This document shows positions 41,604-52,326 of a DNA stretch of 64,000 nucleotides, in pieces; within the stretch, counting starts at the first letter, position 1, and every line of letters starts with the position of its first letter. The translations under genes were made by a program, and so were the position numbers. The notes under the pieces were generated by a model that ran no database searches, was not told where the DNA came from, and saw only the letters and a list, made by a program, of their open reading frames with translations. The DNA comes from an uncultured cyanobacterium (GTDB lineage Bacteria; Cyanobacteriota; Cyanobacteriia; Cyanobacteriales; Xenococcaceae), in contig CAVRWR010000029.1 of assembly GCA_963724445.1 (NCBI GenBank), positions 12,391 to 76,390 on the forward strand, given 5' to 3'.

Positions 41604-42413
41604 ATGCGCGATCGCTATAGGGTAAATAGTAAACCAGCTATCATTAGGCAAATGACCACCTTCGTGTCCATTATCGCGGCTTTTGGCATCAACATTTGGG
41701 CTAATATCAATCCGCCCAACGGGTTAACTATCGGCGCTATATCGCAGAATATCTTCAAAAATGTGCTAATTACCCCTGCCAGCTATGCTTTTGCTATCTG
41801 GGGTTTAATCTATCTAGGTTTAATTAGTTTTGCTCTTTACCAAGTCTTGCCAACACAGAGAAACGAGCCTTTATTACGCAAAATTGGCTATAAGTTGGCG
41901 ATCGCCTCTATCTCTCAGATAATCTGGGTATTTTGCTTTTTATACCGACAGTATGCTGCTTCTTTTCTGGCGATGTTATGTATTCTGTTGCCCCTAATCA
42001 GTGCCTACTGGATTTTACCCTTTAAAACTCGGATTACCCCATGGCAGCGATGGTTGATTCGCACTCCTATAAGTATTTATCTAGCCTGGATTAGCGTCGC
42101 CACAGTGGTAAATGGAGCAATAGTCCTAGAATCTTGGCAGTGGAATGGCTGGGGAATTAGTGCCGTAGTCTGGACGGTAATTATGTTATTGCTGGCTGGC
42201 TTGATTACGCACTTTGTAGCGATTCCTCGACTTGACTTTATCTATGGGGGAGTCTTTATTTGGGCAGCAATGGCGATCGCTATCAGAAATTCTGAGATTA
42301 TGCTTATTTCAGGTACGGCGATCGGTTTGAGTATTGCTTTAATAATCTTGCTATTATCGTTTAAATTCTACGGTCATAGCTCAAATAATTTTGAGAATAA
42401 TCAATTACCCTAG
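41604..42413 (+). CDS. Tryptophan-rich sensory (TspO-like) membrane protein
   Basis: ITPASYAFAIWGLIY, SIYLAWISVAT; multiple TM helices. Confidence 0.8.
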   Translation: MRDRYRVNSKPAIIRQMTTFVSIIAAFGINIWANINPPNGLTIGAISQNIFKNVLITPASYAFAIWGLIYLGLISFALYQVLPTQRNEPLLRKIGYKLAIASISQIIWVFCFLYRQYAASFLAMLCILLPLISAYWILPFKTRITPWQRWLIRTPISIYLAWISVATVVNGAIVLESWQWNGWGISAVVWTVIMLLLAGLITHFVAIPRLDFIYGGVFIWAAMAIAIRNSEIMLISGTAIGLSIALIILLLSFKFYGHSSNNFENNQLP

Positions 42414-42433
42414 CGGCGGTTAGTTTTTAATGG

Positions 42434-43558
42434 CTAATTTAAATCAGCAAACTGACGCATAAATTTGCGGTCAATATAGTCTTTTAGCCACCAGAGAAGA
42501 GTAGATCGCCAGCCCAAAGAACTCCAAGAGGCGATCGCCTTTTTATCCCCCGTACCAATTAAAGCCAAATATTTATCCTGGGGAGTATAGTCCTGTAGCG
42601 GCTGTCCTGTAAGAATATTCTGCCAGTTATCAAATAACGGTTGTCCTTGACGCACGGCAAATACACCTGCTTTGGGGCGATCGTAATTAACCATTGTGGC
42701 AACATCTCCCGCCGCAAAAATATTCGGCTGAGATACTGACTGGAGAGTATCGGCAACGAGAATAAATCCTCGGTCATCGGTTTCTAACTGAGACTCCTTA
42801 ATCCACTTCGGCGCAGCAGCTTGGGTCACCCAGAAAATGTTGTTGCATTGAATCTCTAATCCTGATCGACAGATCACTCGATCTGATAAGACTTCAGTAA
42901 CTTCTTGCTGTAAATGCAGTTTTATTCTTTGTCTCAGGATTTTGGTTAGCTTGTTGCTTACCCAGTCGTTATGTCCCGATAATAGCTGTTTACCGCGATG
43001 GATTAAATGAATTTCTAAGGCATTTTGATCTAGTAAAATTCTTTTGAGACCAGTCTGCATATTTAACGCTAATTCCACTCCCCCTGCACCACCACCGACG
43101 ATCGCAATTGATAGCGGTTTTTTAGGATTAGCTGCTGCCGACTGCTTTAATTTGTCCCAAGCATCAAGAAAAACTGGGACAGGCTTGGCGGGAATGGCAT
43201 ATTTGCTCGCTCCAGGTACAGCAAAGGCTTGAGGCGTACTGCCGATATCTAAAGACAAGTAATCATATTCAAGCTGACGATCTTCACAAATAATTTTATT
43301 GCTCTGGGTATCTAGACCAATAGCGCGATCGCAAATAAACTTCGCTCCAGCATACTGTGCCAAACTTCGCAAATCAATATGAGTCTCTTGGTAGCTATAA
43401 AACCCCGCTACATGACCAGGAAGCATCCCAGAATAGGGAGTTTGCTCGACATCACTAACCAAAGTTAAATCTACCCCTGACAAAGGATTGAGTCCCCATT
43501 GTTTGAGAGCGATCGCCTGAGAGTGTCCACCACCAATTAGTACTAGTCTCTGGTTCAT
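42434..43558 (-). CDS. FAD-dependent pyridine nucleotide-disulfide oxidoreductase (SelD N-terminal-domain-like)
   Basis: LIGGGHSQ, PYSGMLPG, VGGGAGGVE, FAAGD, PKAGVFAVRQG, LKDYIDRKFM. Confidence 0.88.
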   Translation of the reverse strand: MNQRLVLIGGGHSQAIALKQWGLNPLSGVDLTLVSDVEQTPYSGMLPGHVAGFYSYQETHIDLRSLAQYAGAKFICDRAIGLDTQSNKIICEDRQLEYDYLSLDIGSTPQAFAVPGASKYAIPAKPVPVFLDAWDKLKQSAAANPKKPLSIAIVGGGAGGVELALNMQTGLKRILLDQNALEIHLIHRGKQLLSGHNDWVSNKLTKILRQRIKLHLQQEVTEVLSDRVICRSGLEIQCNNIFWVTQAAAPKWIKESQLETDDRGFILVADTLQSVSQPNIFAAGDVATMVNYDRPKAGVFAVRQGQPLFDNWQNILTGQPLQDYTPQDKYLALIGTGDKKAIASWSSLGWRSTLLWWLKDYIDRKFMRQFADLN

Positions 43559-43673
43559 CTACTTTAATTACCCATCTGCCAGTAGATCTACCTTGACACG
43601 AAGCTCGCGCGCTGAAACCGCAGGTAGCTAAAAGCTCTAAGCTTTTATAGCTATTAGCTAACCGCAAAGCGGT

Positions 43674-44741
43674 TCAATCATCCATCTGCCAGGGTTGAGT
43701 TATGTTACCCTCGTCTAGAATCTTCTTAGGACGCAGGATCAAAACTAACTGTCCGATGATTGGCGATTCTGGTTCGATTTCAGACCACCGCAGTTCTAAC
43801 TTGTCTTCTATTTCGACGACAAAATAACTATTATTATCCCAGGTTTGATTTGCTCGATCTAAAATTACTAAAACCTCTTCAACATTGCCGCCAAGATACT
43901 TGGGCAGAATATTGCTGGGACATAAGTAACCCACCGGATCTTCTGCTTTGAGAATTACCTGCCAACCAGGAATTGGAATATAAGCACCACCATTAGCTTC
44001 GATCTGACTAAAAGGCTGCTGAATTTTAACCTGTTCCACTGCCGATATATCTTGGCTATTCAAGGGATATGAGCCAGCCAAGGGGACAATACGGGGTAAC
44101 TCTTCTTCTAATTCCAAACGATAAAGAGGTAGAAGGGGTTCAGATACAGAATTAACTATACTAAAATCGCTGAGTAACTTTTCGATCGCTTCTCTGGCAG
44201 TTGGAGAATGAGCAAACTTTAATCCTTGAGCAATTAAACGCGATCGCTGTTGGAGATCCTTTTGCGCTTTAGCTCGTTTCCAGGATTGGTATGCTACCCA
44301 ATCCCCAGGGTGATTAGTAAACGCCTCGGGTAACTGAGACATGCGAGAGACATCTTTTATTGCCTTAGATACTAAAAGCGCACCATCGACATCGATCCGC
44401 TTGTCATATGCCAGCAGGCAGGCATCAACCCGTTGCTGTTGGTTGAGTACGCGAAATTCATACAGTACATCGCTACGAGGTCCTTGGAAATAATCCAAAA
44501 CCTCCGCCGCAATATTTGCTTGAACTAAGTTCTCAAATACTTGAGCGGCAACAATTACCAAGTTTTGCTGGCTGTTTTGAAACCCTGTGTCCTCAAAAAT
44601 TCGTTGGGTACTATATCCTGCCTTTTGTAGCTTTTGACATATCTGTCCCCACTCCACCCAGCTACCTTCTTTGTGTAGCAGCGATCGCATTAATTCCTGA
44701 GCTTCTGTTTCCGATATTTGAACTTGACTATCCTGGGGCAT
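43674..44741 (-). CDS. raf1: RuBisCO accumulation factor 1
   Basis: LLHKEGSWVEWG, QQNLVIVAAQV, LYEFRVL, IPGWQV, LRPKKILDE, C-terminal WQMDD. Confidence 0.95.
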   Translation of the reverse strand: MPQDSQVQISETEAQELMRSLLHKEGSWVEWGQICQKLQKAGYSTQRIFEDTGFQNSQQNLVIVAAQVFENLVQANIAAEVLDYFQGPRSDVLYEFRVLNQQQRVDACLLAYDKRIDVDGALLVSKAIKDVSRMSQLPEAFTNHPGDWVAYQSWKRAKAQKDLQQRSRLIAQGLKFAHSPTAREAIEKLLSDFSIVNSVSEPLLPLYRLELEEELPRIVPLAGSYPLNSQDISAVEQVKIQQPFSQIEANGGAYIPIPGWQVILKAEDPVGYLCPSNILPKYLGGNVEEVLVILDRANQTWDNNSYFVVEIEDKLELRWSEIEPESPIIGQLVLILRPKKILDEGNITQPWQMDD

Positions 44742-44912
44742 CTTGACACCTGTTTATTACCTATTATCTGTGATTGTGAGTCAAAGAATGAGGAACTTCC
44801 AATCCATTAGCTTCCATCAGGCTTGAGTTACTCATAATTTCGACAGTCTTGCCATCAGCAATAATTCTGCCCTGGTTTAGTACTACCACGCGATCGCTCG
44901 GAGCATAAACTA

Positions 44913-45125
44913 CTACCTGAGCATTTGCCATTGGTGTTCCATCATCATATTTTGCCTGGATCGTAATTGCCGATGTCTGACAATATCTTCTCCATTGACT
45001 GTTAAAGCCAGAGTTCCTTGGTCAGTAGATGCCGTTAAAGTATTTTGCCGTTCTCTCTGAACAATACCAACCAAAATCAGAGAACCCAGGATAATCCCGT
45101 AAGCAACATTACGTATTGTGTTCAT
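44913..45125 (-). CDS. Small hypothetical protein with N-terminal hydrophobic helix
   Basis: MNTIRNVAYGIILGSLILVGIV...; ATG at 45125. Confidence 0.5.
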   Translation of the reverse strand: MNTIRNVAYGIILGSLILVGIVQRERQNTLTASTDQGTLALTVNGEDIVRHRQLRSRQNMMMEHQWQMLR

Positions 45126-45671
45126 GTTCGGAAAATTTCCTTGGAAATAAGTTGAACTGTGTAGATTTTTAATTTCCTCTTTAGTCACAATAAATTTTGA
45201 CCACCCTTTTCAACCCCCTTAGAGGGCATTTTGTGAGATTTTATCCCGTAAATCAGCTTGCTGATCGTTGATTTCGTATCTGGAGGATTTTTACTTAGAT
45301 AAAATCAATCCGTGTTATTTTTTGTCAAATTGCTTACAATGCCAAAGGAACTGAAATCAGAGAAGACTTTGTGATTTCTTTATAAATCTTAGGGAAATAT
45401 CCCTAAAATTCGGTTCAATCTTTACCAAAGTCATCGAGATCGAGGCTAAAATCGGAAGAGAATCATCAAGTTACTAGTTGATAATACTCAGTAAATTGCT
45501 GGTTTCAAAAATGCTTCAATAGGTTGTTAGTGTTGTTTATTAGTAAGCAGCTAACTCGTAAATCAAAATTAAAGAAGTGGTGTAATTAAGCACCTGTTAA
45601 GGAAAACTTAACTAAACTTAATCAAAACAACTATTATTATTTTTTCACTGAAGGAGCAAGAGGAAAACGGC

Positions 45672-46802
45672 ATGACCCAAGCTAATCAAGTTCTAGCAAC
45701 GATCGCCAATCCTGGAAACGATTGGGAGAGCCTAATCGAAGAAGATAGTAAAAAAAGTCAAGACACCGTAGACATAAAGTCAGACATAAAATCGGCAGAT
45801 AAAGGCAAAAAGAAAAAAACTACTACTAAGCGCGCCGAAAGAGGTAGAAAAAAGCCCTACACTGAAGATTCAATTCGGATTTATCTACAAGAAATCGGTC
45901 GAATTCGATTGCTAAGAGCAGAAGAAGAAATTGAGCTAGCTCGCCAAATTGCCGATTTACTGGAGTTAGAAAGACTTAAAGATAGTCTAGAAGATGGTTT
46001 AGGTCGAGAAGCGACTGACGAAGAATGGGCAAGAGAAGTGGAGATGGAATACCGCAAATTCCGCCGCCGTCTATTTATTGGTCGCCGAGCCAAAGACAAA
46101 ATGGTGCAATCTAACCTACGTTTGGTTGTATCAATCGCCAAAAAATATATGAACCGTGGTTTATCTTTCCAAGATTTAATTCAAGAAGGCTCTCTTGGTT
46201 TAATTAGAGCGGCTGAAAAATTCGACCACGAAAAAGGTTATAAATTTTCTACTTATGCTACCTGGTGGATCAGACAGGCAATTACTAGAGCGATCGCCGA
46301 TCAATCTCGAACTATTCGTCTTCCTGTTCACTTATATGAAACTATATCTCGGATTAAAAAAACTACTAAATTACTTTCTCAAGAACGAGGTCGCAAGCCT
46401 ACAGAAGAAGAAATTGCCACTCGGATGGAAATGACCATCGAGAAGCTCAGATTTATCGCTAAATCAGCTCAACTCCCTATATCCTTAGAAACACCCATTG
46501 GTAAAGAAGAAGACTCCCGTTTGGGCGATTTCATTGAAGCAGATGGCGAAACTCCAGAGGATCAGGTGTCCAAAAGCCTATTAAGAGAAGATCTAGAAAG
46601 CGTCTTAGATACTCTTAGCCCCCGCGAACGTGATGTTCTTCGTCTCCGCTATGGTTTAGATGATGGTCGTATGAAAACATTGGAGGAAATTGGACAAATC
46701 TTTAATGTCACTCGCGAGCGGATCCGCCAAATTGAGGCTAAAGCTTTACGCAAACTGCGTCATCCCAACCGCAACAGTATATTGAAAGAATACATCCGCT
46801 AA
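45672..46802 (+). CDS. sigA: Primary sigma factor SigA/RpoD
   Basis: [62 protein letters not shown]. Confidence 0.97.
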   Translation: MTQANQVLATIANPGNDWESLIEEDSKKSQDTVDIKSDIKSADKGKKKKTTTKRAERGRKKPYTEDSIRIYLQEIGRIRLLRAEEEIELARQIADLLELERLKDSLEDGLGREATDEEWAREVEMEYRKFRRRLFIGRRAKDKMVQSNLRLVVSIAKKYMNRGLSFQDLIQEGSLGLIRAAEKFDHEKGYKFSTYATWWIRQAITRAIADQSRTIRLPVHLYETISRIKKTTKLLSQERGRKPTEEEIATRMEMTIEKLRFIAKSAQLPISLETPIGKEEDSRLGDFIEADGETPEDQVSKSLLREDLESVLDTLSPRERDVLRLRYGLDDGRMKTLEEIGQIFNVTRERIRQIEAKALRKLRHPNRNSILKEYIR

Positions 46803-46835
46803 AGGGTTAAAGTAATCTGTCCTGGGATAGAGACT

Positions 46836-46872
46836 AAAAAGGAGTCGGCATTAGGTGCTTGCTCCCTTTTTT
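46836..46872 (+). terminator. Intrinsic terminator after sigA
   Basis: aaaaaggagtcggca-ttagg-tgcttgctcccttttt. Confidence 0.65.
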
Positions 46873-46935
46873 GATTTATGATAAAAAGCTAACCTGATCA
46901 GAACTTATCCATTTTTTCTTATTCATTTTTCAGCT

Positions 46936-47463
46936 ATGACCAAGCAAACTATTTCTGTCTTAGTAGAAGACGAAGCAGGAGTTTTAACCCGTATTGCAGG
47001 ATTATTTGCTCGCCGTGGTTTTAACATCGAAAGTTTGGCGGTAGGACCTGCTGAACAAGTTGGTGTATCTCGGATCACCATGGTCGTCCCTGGAGATGAA
47101 AAGGTGGTAGAACAGCTAATTAAACAGCTATATAAGTTGATTAGCGTGTTAAAGGTGCAGGATATCAGTCAACAGCCCTGTGTTGAAAGGGAATTGATGT
47201 TGATTAAAATTAATGCTACAGCATCAAACCGAGCTGAAGTAATTCAACTGGCACAGATATTTCGGGCGCGGGTAGTCGATCTTTCGGAGGAAGCTCTTAC
47301 TATTGAAGTTGTTGGCGATCCTGGTAAGATTGTGGCGATTATTCAAATGCTCAACAAATTCGGCATTCGCGAGATTGCTCGGACAGGAAAAATTGCTTTA
47401 GTTAGAGAATCTAAGGTCAATACTGAATATCTTAAGTCTCTAGAAGCCAAAGTTACTCTATAA
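46936..47463 (+). CDS. ilvN: Acetolactate synthase small subunit
   Basis: [42 protein letters not shown]. Confidence 0.96.
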   Translation: MTKQTISVLVEDEAGVLTRIAGLFARRGFNIESLAVGPAEQVGVSRITMVVPGDEKVVEQLIKQLYKLISVLKVQDISQQPCVERELMLIKINATASNRAEVIQLAQIFRARVVDLSEEALTIEVVGDPGKIVAIIQMLNKFGIREIARTGKIALVRESKVNTEYLKSLEAKVTL

Positions 47464-47507
47464 CTAGTGTTACCCACTAATTAATCTGTGAAGACACTCC
47501 CAAGCAT

Positions 47508-48314
47508 TTATGTTCGCAGCAGTAAGTCAACTTTGGCGGTGATAAAATTTTGCTTGACTAAAATTTGATGGAGATCGATATCGGTTTCCAATAGACAAGC
47601 ATGACCACTCTGAGGCAATACGGTCATTTGCGCTTGGGGTAAGAGACTTGCTAGTTTTTGAGCTTCATCAACAGAGGGTAGTAAGCCATCTGCTGCTCCT
47701 GCAATAATTAGACTAGGGAGATCTAAGCTTCGTAACTCCTCATCTAATAATTTAAAGTCCCTCAGCAAACACAGTCGCCAGCTTATTACATGAGGAGGTA
47801 AAGATTTCATGCTTTCAATTAAGCGATCGCGATCGCAATCACTAATACGATTTAATTTAACTAGAAAAGGCAGCAGTCCCGCAGCAGAATAGCGATGAAT
47901 CCAAGATGGCAAAAGTGCAGTAATGTCTACACCCCAACCCAAAATTGGTAGCTGATTGAAACAAGAAGCAGGATTAACTAAGATTAGCTTGTCAAACATT
48001 TTTGGTGCAGCTAAAGCAGTTTTCAATGCCAGACAGCCACCAAAAGATTCGCCACATAAATAAACTTCTTGATTGGTTTTATTCGCCAGTTCTAATTCAA
48101 TCAGTTTTACCGTGTCTCTAGCTAAATCAAACCAAGTACTGTAGTTGTCAGTACGAATTGCCAGACAGCGCAGGTCAAAATTAGCGACAAGTTTATCCGA
48201 CTGAGTTTGTAACAGTTTTCCTGTACCATCCATCCCAGGTAGATAAACAAACAGGGGTTTATCGCGATTAACCTCTCTGGGATCGATAAAATCTACACTA
48301 AGTTCAAAACCCAT
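47508..48314 (-). CDS. Alpha/beta hydrolase
   Basis: YLPGMDGTG, GESFG nucleophile elbow, LVNPAS, D.LLPS, SGHACLLE. Confidence 0.9.
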   Translation of the reverse strand: MGFELSVDFIDPREVNRDKPLFVYLPGMDGTGKLLQTQSDKLVANFDLRCLAIRTDNYSTWFDLARDTVKLIELELANKTNQEVYLCGESFGGCLALKTALAAPKMFDKLILVNPASCFNQLPILGWGVDITALLPSWIHRYSAAGLLPFLVKLNRISDCDRDRLIESMKSLPPHVISWRLCLLRDFKLLDEELRSLDLPSLIIAGAADGLLPSVDEAQKLASLLPQAQMTVLPQSGHACLLETDIDLHQILVKQNFITAKVDLLLRT

Positions 48315-48489
48315 AAATACAAAATATCAAAATCAAATATGAAAAAATCAAAACAAAACTTACCGTTTCTTAATAATTATCATTCTCTAACATTTAGTGA
48401 GGTTGATTAATTTCTGGCTTTATTTCTTTATATTTTCAGGTTTGCTCAATAAGTCAAGAGACTAATTAAACAGCCCTTTGTTCCTTAAT

Positions 48490-48520
48490 CCTCATCCCTC
48501 ATCCCTCATCCCTCATTCCT
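48490..48520 (+). repeat. STRR-type heptamer tandem repeat (CCTCATC)x4
   Basis: cctcatc cctcatc cctcatc cctcatt read directly. Confidence 0.85.
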
Positions 48521-49243
48521 TTAATAACACCCTTGTTTGAGTAACTCTGTGATTTGATCCTGACAATAGTGAGTTAAATCCAAAGCTAGCTTTTTTGCTT
48601 GCTTTCCTTTATATTCCTGTTTTTGAGTTGGATTAATCAAGTAGGGTCTGCCGATCAATACATTGACACGATGGTAAATGAGCATGGGATGCAAACCTTG
48701 GCGTTCAAAGAAAGGTTCATTTTGGTCAAATTGCTTGAGCCATTGAATGGGAATACTGGGATAGTTGGTTTCTGACAAAGAGGCGATCGCGATCGGCAAG
48801 ACAGCTAAACTAGCCACGGGAGTTTTCCAAGCTAGATGAGCAAAACCACGATGGAACTGGTTAATTTCATGAGGCGCAGTCGGTTCAATCATTGGTCTAG
48901 TGCCTTCTGGGAACAATCCTACCCACTGTCTGGTAGTTAATAGATGATTTGCCTGGTCAAAAAACTGTTGTTGCCGCTGTTTTGCAGAACCTAAAGGAAA
49001 GCAACCCAAGGAACTGACAATTTCTTTGACAACTGGAGTCTCTCCCATGTAATGATGACAGGCAATACGCAGAGTATTGGGAATTGTCTTGATTAGAATT
49101 GGCGCATCTAGAAAACTACGATGATTACTAACAACGATCGTAGGAATATCCTGGGGAATGCGGGATGTATAAGACTGAGTCAAATCGAGATTAACTGCCG
49201 ATATTAAAGATTGAGCGATCAAACGAGGTGTAAAAGATAACAT
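48521..49243 (-). CDS. PlsC-family lysophospholipid acyltransferase
   Basis: SNHRSFLD (NHxxxxD), FPEG, RGFAHLA, VLPIAI. Confidence 0.9.
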   Translation of the reverse strand: MLSFTPRLIAQSLISAVNLDLTQSYTSRIPQDIPTIVVSNHRSFLDAPILIKTIPNTLRIACHHYMGETPVVKEIVSSLGCFPLGSAKQRQQQFFDQANHLLTTRQWVGLFPEGTRPMIEPTAPHEINQFHRGFAHLAWKTPVASLAVLPIAIASLSETNYPSIPIQWLKQFDQNEPFFERQGLHPMLIYHRVNVLIGRPYLINPTQKQEYKGKQAKKLALDLTHYCQDQITELLKQGCY

Positions 49244-49463
49244 TCAATTATATTATTCGCATATTTGTCAGAAATTGCTGGATACTTTGCTAACAAAGCT
49301 CAATCAAGATTATTTACAGTAGGTCAAAATGCTTAATACAATGCTTAATTTTTAACAAAAGTTTTATATTTTAACCTGTGTCCAAGGCTATATTAAAGCT
49401 GAAATAAATAACTTGAGGTTCACCCTTGATAACGTAAGCTATTTATTGAATCGATAATAATTA

Positions 49464-49579
49464 ACTGATGTTACGCACTAGTTGATCTGTGAAGATTGGG
49501 AAAGGGTTAAAGGGAAAATTGTTCTATTTTCCTCGATTGTTAAAACCGTTGATTTCCTGTTGGACTGCGTAACGTCAGT
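49464..49579. mobile_element. 116-bp MITE with 14-bp terminal inverted repeats and an AATTA target duplication
   Basis: actgatgttacgca ... tgcgtaacgtcagt; aatta at 49459-49463 and 49580-49584. Confidence 0.75.
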
Positions 49580-49739
49580 AATTAAATCAAAATTCATGCT
49601 CCATTTATGCAGTAAAAAAACAAATTATAGACTGTGACCTATACTCACACTAACCTATAGAAAATTGCCGTCAAAAGAAAAGGGACTCGATAACCTGTGT
49701 CGGTAACCCTTAAAATTGGGCAATTTCTCGCTTATTTAA

Positions 49740-51341
49740 ATGAATAATCCTAATCAAAACCATAAATTCTCTTTAACTACACCTCTTTATTACGTTAATG
49801 GTGAGCCGCATATTGGCAGTGCCTACACTACCATTGTGGCAGATGCAGTAACTAGATTTCAGCGTTTACAAGGTAAATCAGTCCTCTTGATTACTGGGAC
49901 AGATGAACATGGACTCAAAATTCAGCGGACTGCGGACGAACAAAACCTAGAGCCTCAAGCTCTATGCGATCGCAATGTCGCCAGCTTCAAATCTTTATGG
50001 CAAAAACTAGATATCAAATACGATCGTTTTAGCCGTACCACTTCGCCGAACCATCAGCCGATCGTCAAAGAGTTTTTTGAGCGCGTCTGGAAGCAAGACG
50101 ATATCTACCTAGCTCGCCAGCAAGGTTGGTACTGCGTATCCTGCGAGGAATTTAAAGAAGAACGAGAGTTAATCGAAAATCATCACTGTGGGATTCACAC
50201 CAACAAACAGGCAGAATGGCGTGATGAGGAAAATTATTTCTTTCGTCTTTCCAAGTATCAGCAGCAGCTAGAAGAACTCTATGAGTCTCAACCAGACTTT
50301 ATCCAGCCAGTCACCAGACGCAATGAGGTGCTTAAGTTTGTTAAAGGGGGACTGAAGGATTTCTCAATTTCTCGGGTCAATTTAGACTGGGGATTTCCCA
50401 TTCCCGTAGACAAAAAACATACGATTTATGTGTGGTTTGATGCGCTTTTAGGCTATGTTACTGCTTTGCTAGAACCCGATCAAGAGCCGACTCTTGACAA
50501 TGCCTTAGCTAACTGGTGGCCAATTCATACTCATTTAATTGGTAAAGATATATTACGATTTCATGCGGTTTACTGGCCTGCTATGTTAGCTTCTGCTGGT
50601 TTGCCTTTACCAACTAGGGTATTTGGTCACGGCTTTCTAACCAAGGACGGGCTAAAAATGGGTAAAACTTTGGGTAACACCATCAATCCTTTTGAGTTGG
50701 TCGATAGATACGGCGCAGACGCTGTACGCTATTACTTCCTGAAAGAAATTGAGCTAGGTAAAGACGGCGATTTTAATGAAACTCGTTTCATAGACGTGCT
50801 TAATAACGATTTAGCAGATGTTCTGGGTAATTCCCTCAATCGTACCTTGGGAATGTTAACCAAATATTGCCAGAGTACTGTTCCGTATTTAACCAGTGCC
50901 GATTATGATTCAGACCATCCTTTAAAAAGCATTGGTGTGGATTTAGGCGATCGCGTGATTGAAGCCTATGACAATCTTCAGATTAGTCAAGCTTGTGAAG
51001 CTATTTTCGTCTTAGTTCGAGCTGTCAATAAATATATTGACGAGAGCGCACCTTGGAAATTGTTTAAGCAGGGACAACAAGTCGAAGTAGAGCAGATTTT
51101 ATATGCTGTTCTAGAATCGGTTAGGCTATCTGCCTATCTATTATCTCCTGTAATTCCCACCACCAGCAGCAAAATTTATCAGCAGTTGGGGTTTGATTGG
51201 GATTTTAATCATGAAAATGAAGGGGCAAAACACTATAGCGATTTTCAGACTCATTCAAAGTGGGGCAAACTATCTACCAATAAAACTTTGGGTAAAGCTT
51301 CCCCTGTCTTTTTTAAATTAGAACTGTCCTCAGAAGATTAA
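49740..51341 (+). CDS. metG: Methionine--tRNA ligase
   Basis: TTPLYYVN.EPHIGSAY, GTDEHG, YVWFDAL, IGKDILRFH, KMGKT. Confidence 0.97.
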   Translation: MNNPNQNHKFSLTTPLYYVNGEPHIGSAYTTIVADAVTRFQRLQGKSVLLITGTDEHGLKIQRTADEQNLEPQALCDRNVASFKSLWQKLDIKYDRFSRTTSPNHQPIVKEFFERVWKQDDIYLARQQGWYCVSCEEFKEERELIENHHCGIHTNKQAEWRDEENYFFRLSKYQQQLEELYESQPDFIQPVTRRNEVLKFVKGGLKDFSISRVNLDWGFPIPVDKKHTIYVWFDALLGYVTALLEPDQEPTLDNALANWWPIHTHLIGKDILRFHAVYWPAMLASAGLPLPTRVFGHGFLTKDGLKMGKTLGNTINPFELVDRYGADAVRYYFLKEIELGKDGDFNETRFIDVLNNDLADVLGNSLNRTLGMLTKYCQSTVPYLTSADYDSDHPLKSIGVDLGDRVIEAYDNLQISQACEAIFVLVRAVNKYIDESAPWKLFKQGQQVEVEQILYAVLESVRLSAYLLSPVIPTTSSKIYQQLGFDWDFNHENEGAKHYSDFQTHSKWGKLSTNKTLGKASPVFFKLELSSED

Positions 51342-51612
51342 ATTATGGCAAGTAATTTGGCTCAGTATATTTTTTTACTGATATAAAGTTACTAAGCAAT
51401 ATAAGAGTTACGATTACTTTATGCTTTTGGCAGTTGAGCATAAACACTCAGTTTAAAATTAGCTAGCTATCTGCTTTAACGGTCAAAATTTTAAAAGCTT
51501 CGTCGTCTATAAAACTAGAATACTCGGTTTGACAGCCTGTGCCGTCAGTAATCATGGGACTAATCCACCCACATAGAATACTTTTTTTCATAAAAACATG
51601 AGGCTTAATACA

Positions 51613-52206
51613 ATGTTGGATAATTTCGGAAGCGATCCTATTTTTACCCCAGAACAAATTCTAGAAAATAGAGGGCGTGTAGCAATTTTTATCGATGGCT
51701 CAAATTTATTTTATGCTGCACTTCAATTGGGGATTGAAATCGACTACAGCAAACTTTTATACCGCCTTACTGGAGGTTCTAGACTACTTAGGTCTTTTTT
51801 CTACACAGGAGTAGATCGTACCAATGAGAAACAGCAGGGATTTCTACTTTGGATGCGGCGTAATGGTTATCGGGTAATTGCTAAAGACCTGGTACAGCTT
51901 CCTGATGGCTCAAAAAAAGCTAATTTAGACGTTGAGATTGCCGTAGACATGATGGCTCTTGTTTCGGCATATGATACAGCAGTACTAGTTAGTGGAGATG
52001 GGGATTTAGCTTATGCAGTAGATGCCGTAAGCTACCGTGGTGCAAGGGTGGAAGTAGTTAGCTTGCGTTCTATGACTAGCGATAGTTTAATCAACGTGGC
52101 AGATCGCTATGTTGATTTGGATCAAATTAAAGGTGATATTCAAAAAAGCAACAAACACAGCGATCCTTACCGCAGTTTTTCTGGCTTCGGTATTTTAGAC
52201 GAGTAA
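51613..52206 (+). CDS. NYN domain (LabA/DUF88) protein
   Basis: FIDGSNL, KANLDVEIAVDM, LVSGDGDL. Confidence 0.92.
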   Translation: MLDNFGSDPIFTPEQILENRGRVAIFIDGSNLFYAALQLGIEIDYSKLLYRLTGGSRLLRSFFYTGVDRTNEKQQGFLLWMRRNGYRVIAKDLVQLPDGSKKANLDVEIAVDMMALVSAYDTAVLVSGDGDLAYAVDAVSYRGARVEVVSLRSMTSDSLINVADRYVDLDQIKGDIQKSNKHSDPYRSFSGFGILDE

Positions 52207-52326
52207 GATTAAATAGTTCTGGGAGAAAATCTTTAGTCTATTTGAGATAGGGGATCGAGAATGAATCAAGAAATGCCAATAATTGAGTAGAGGGTATAAA
52301 GTAGATTTATCGCTTTATCCTCTTAC

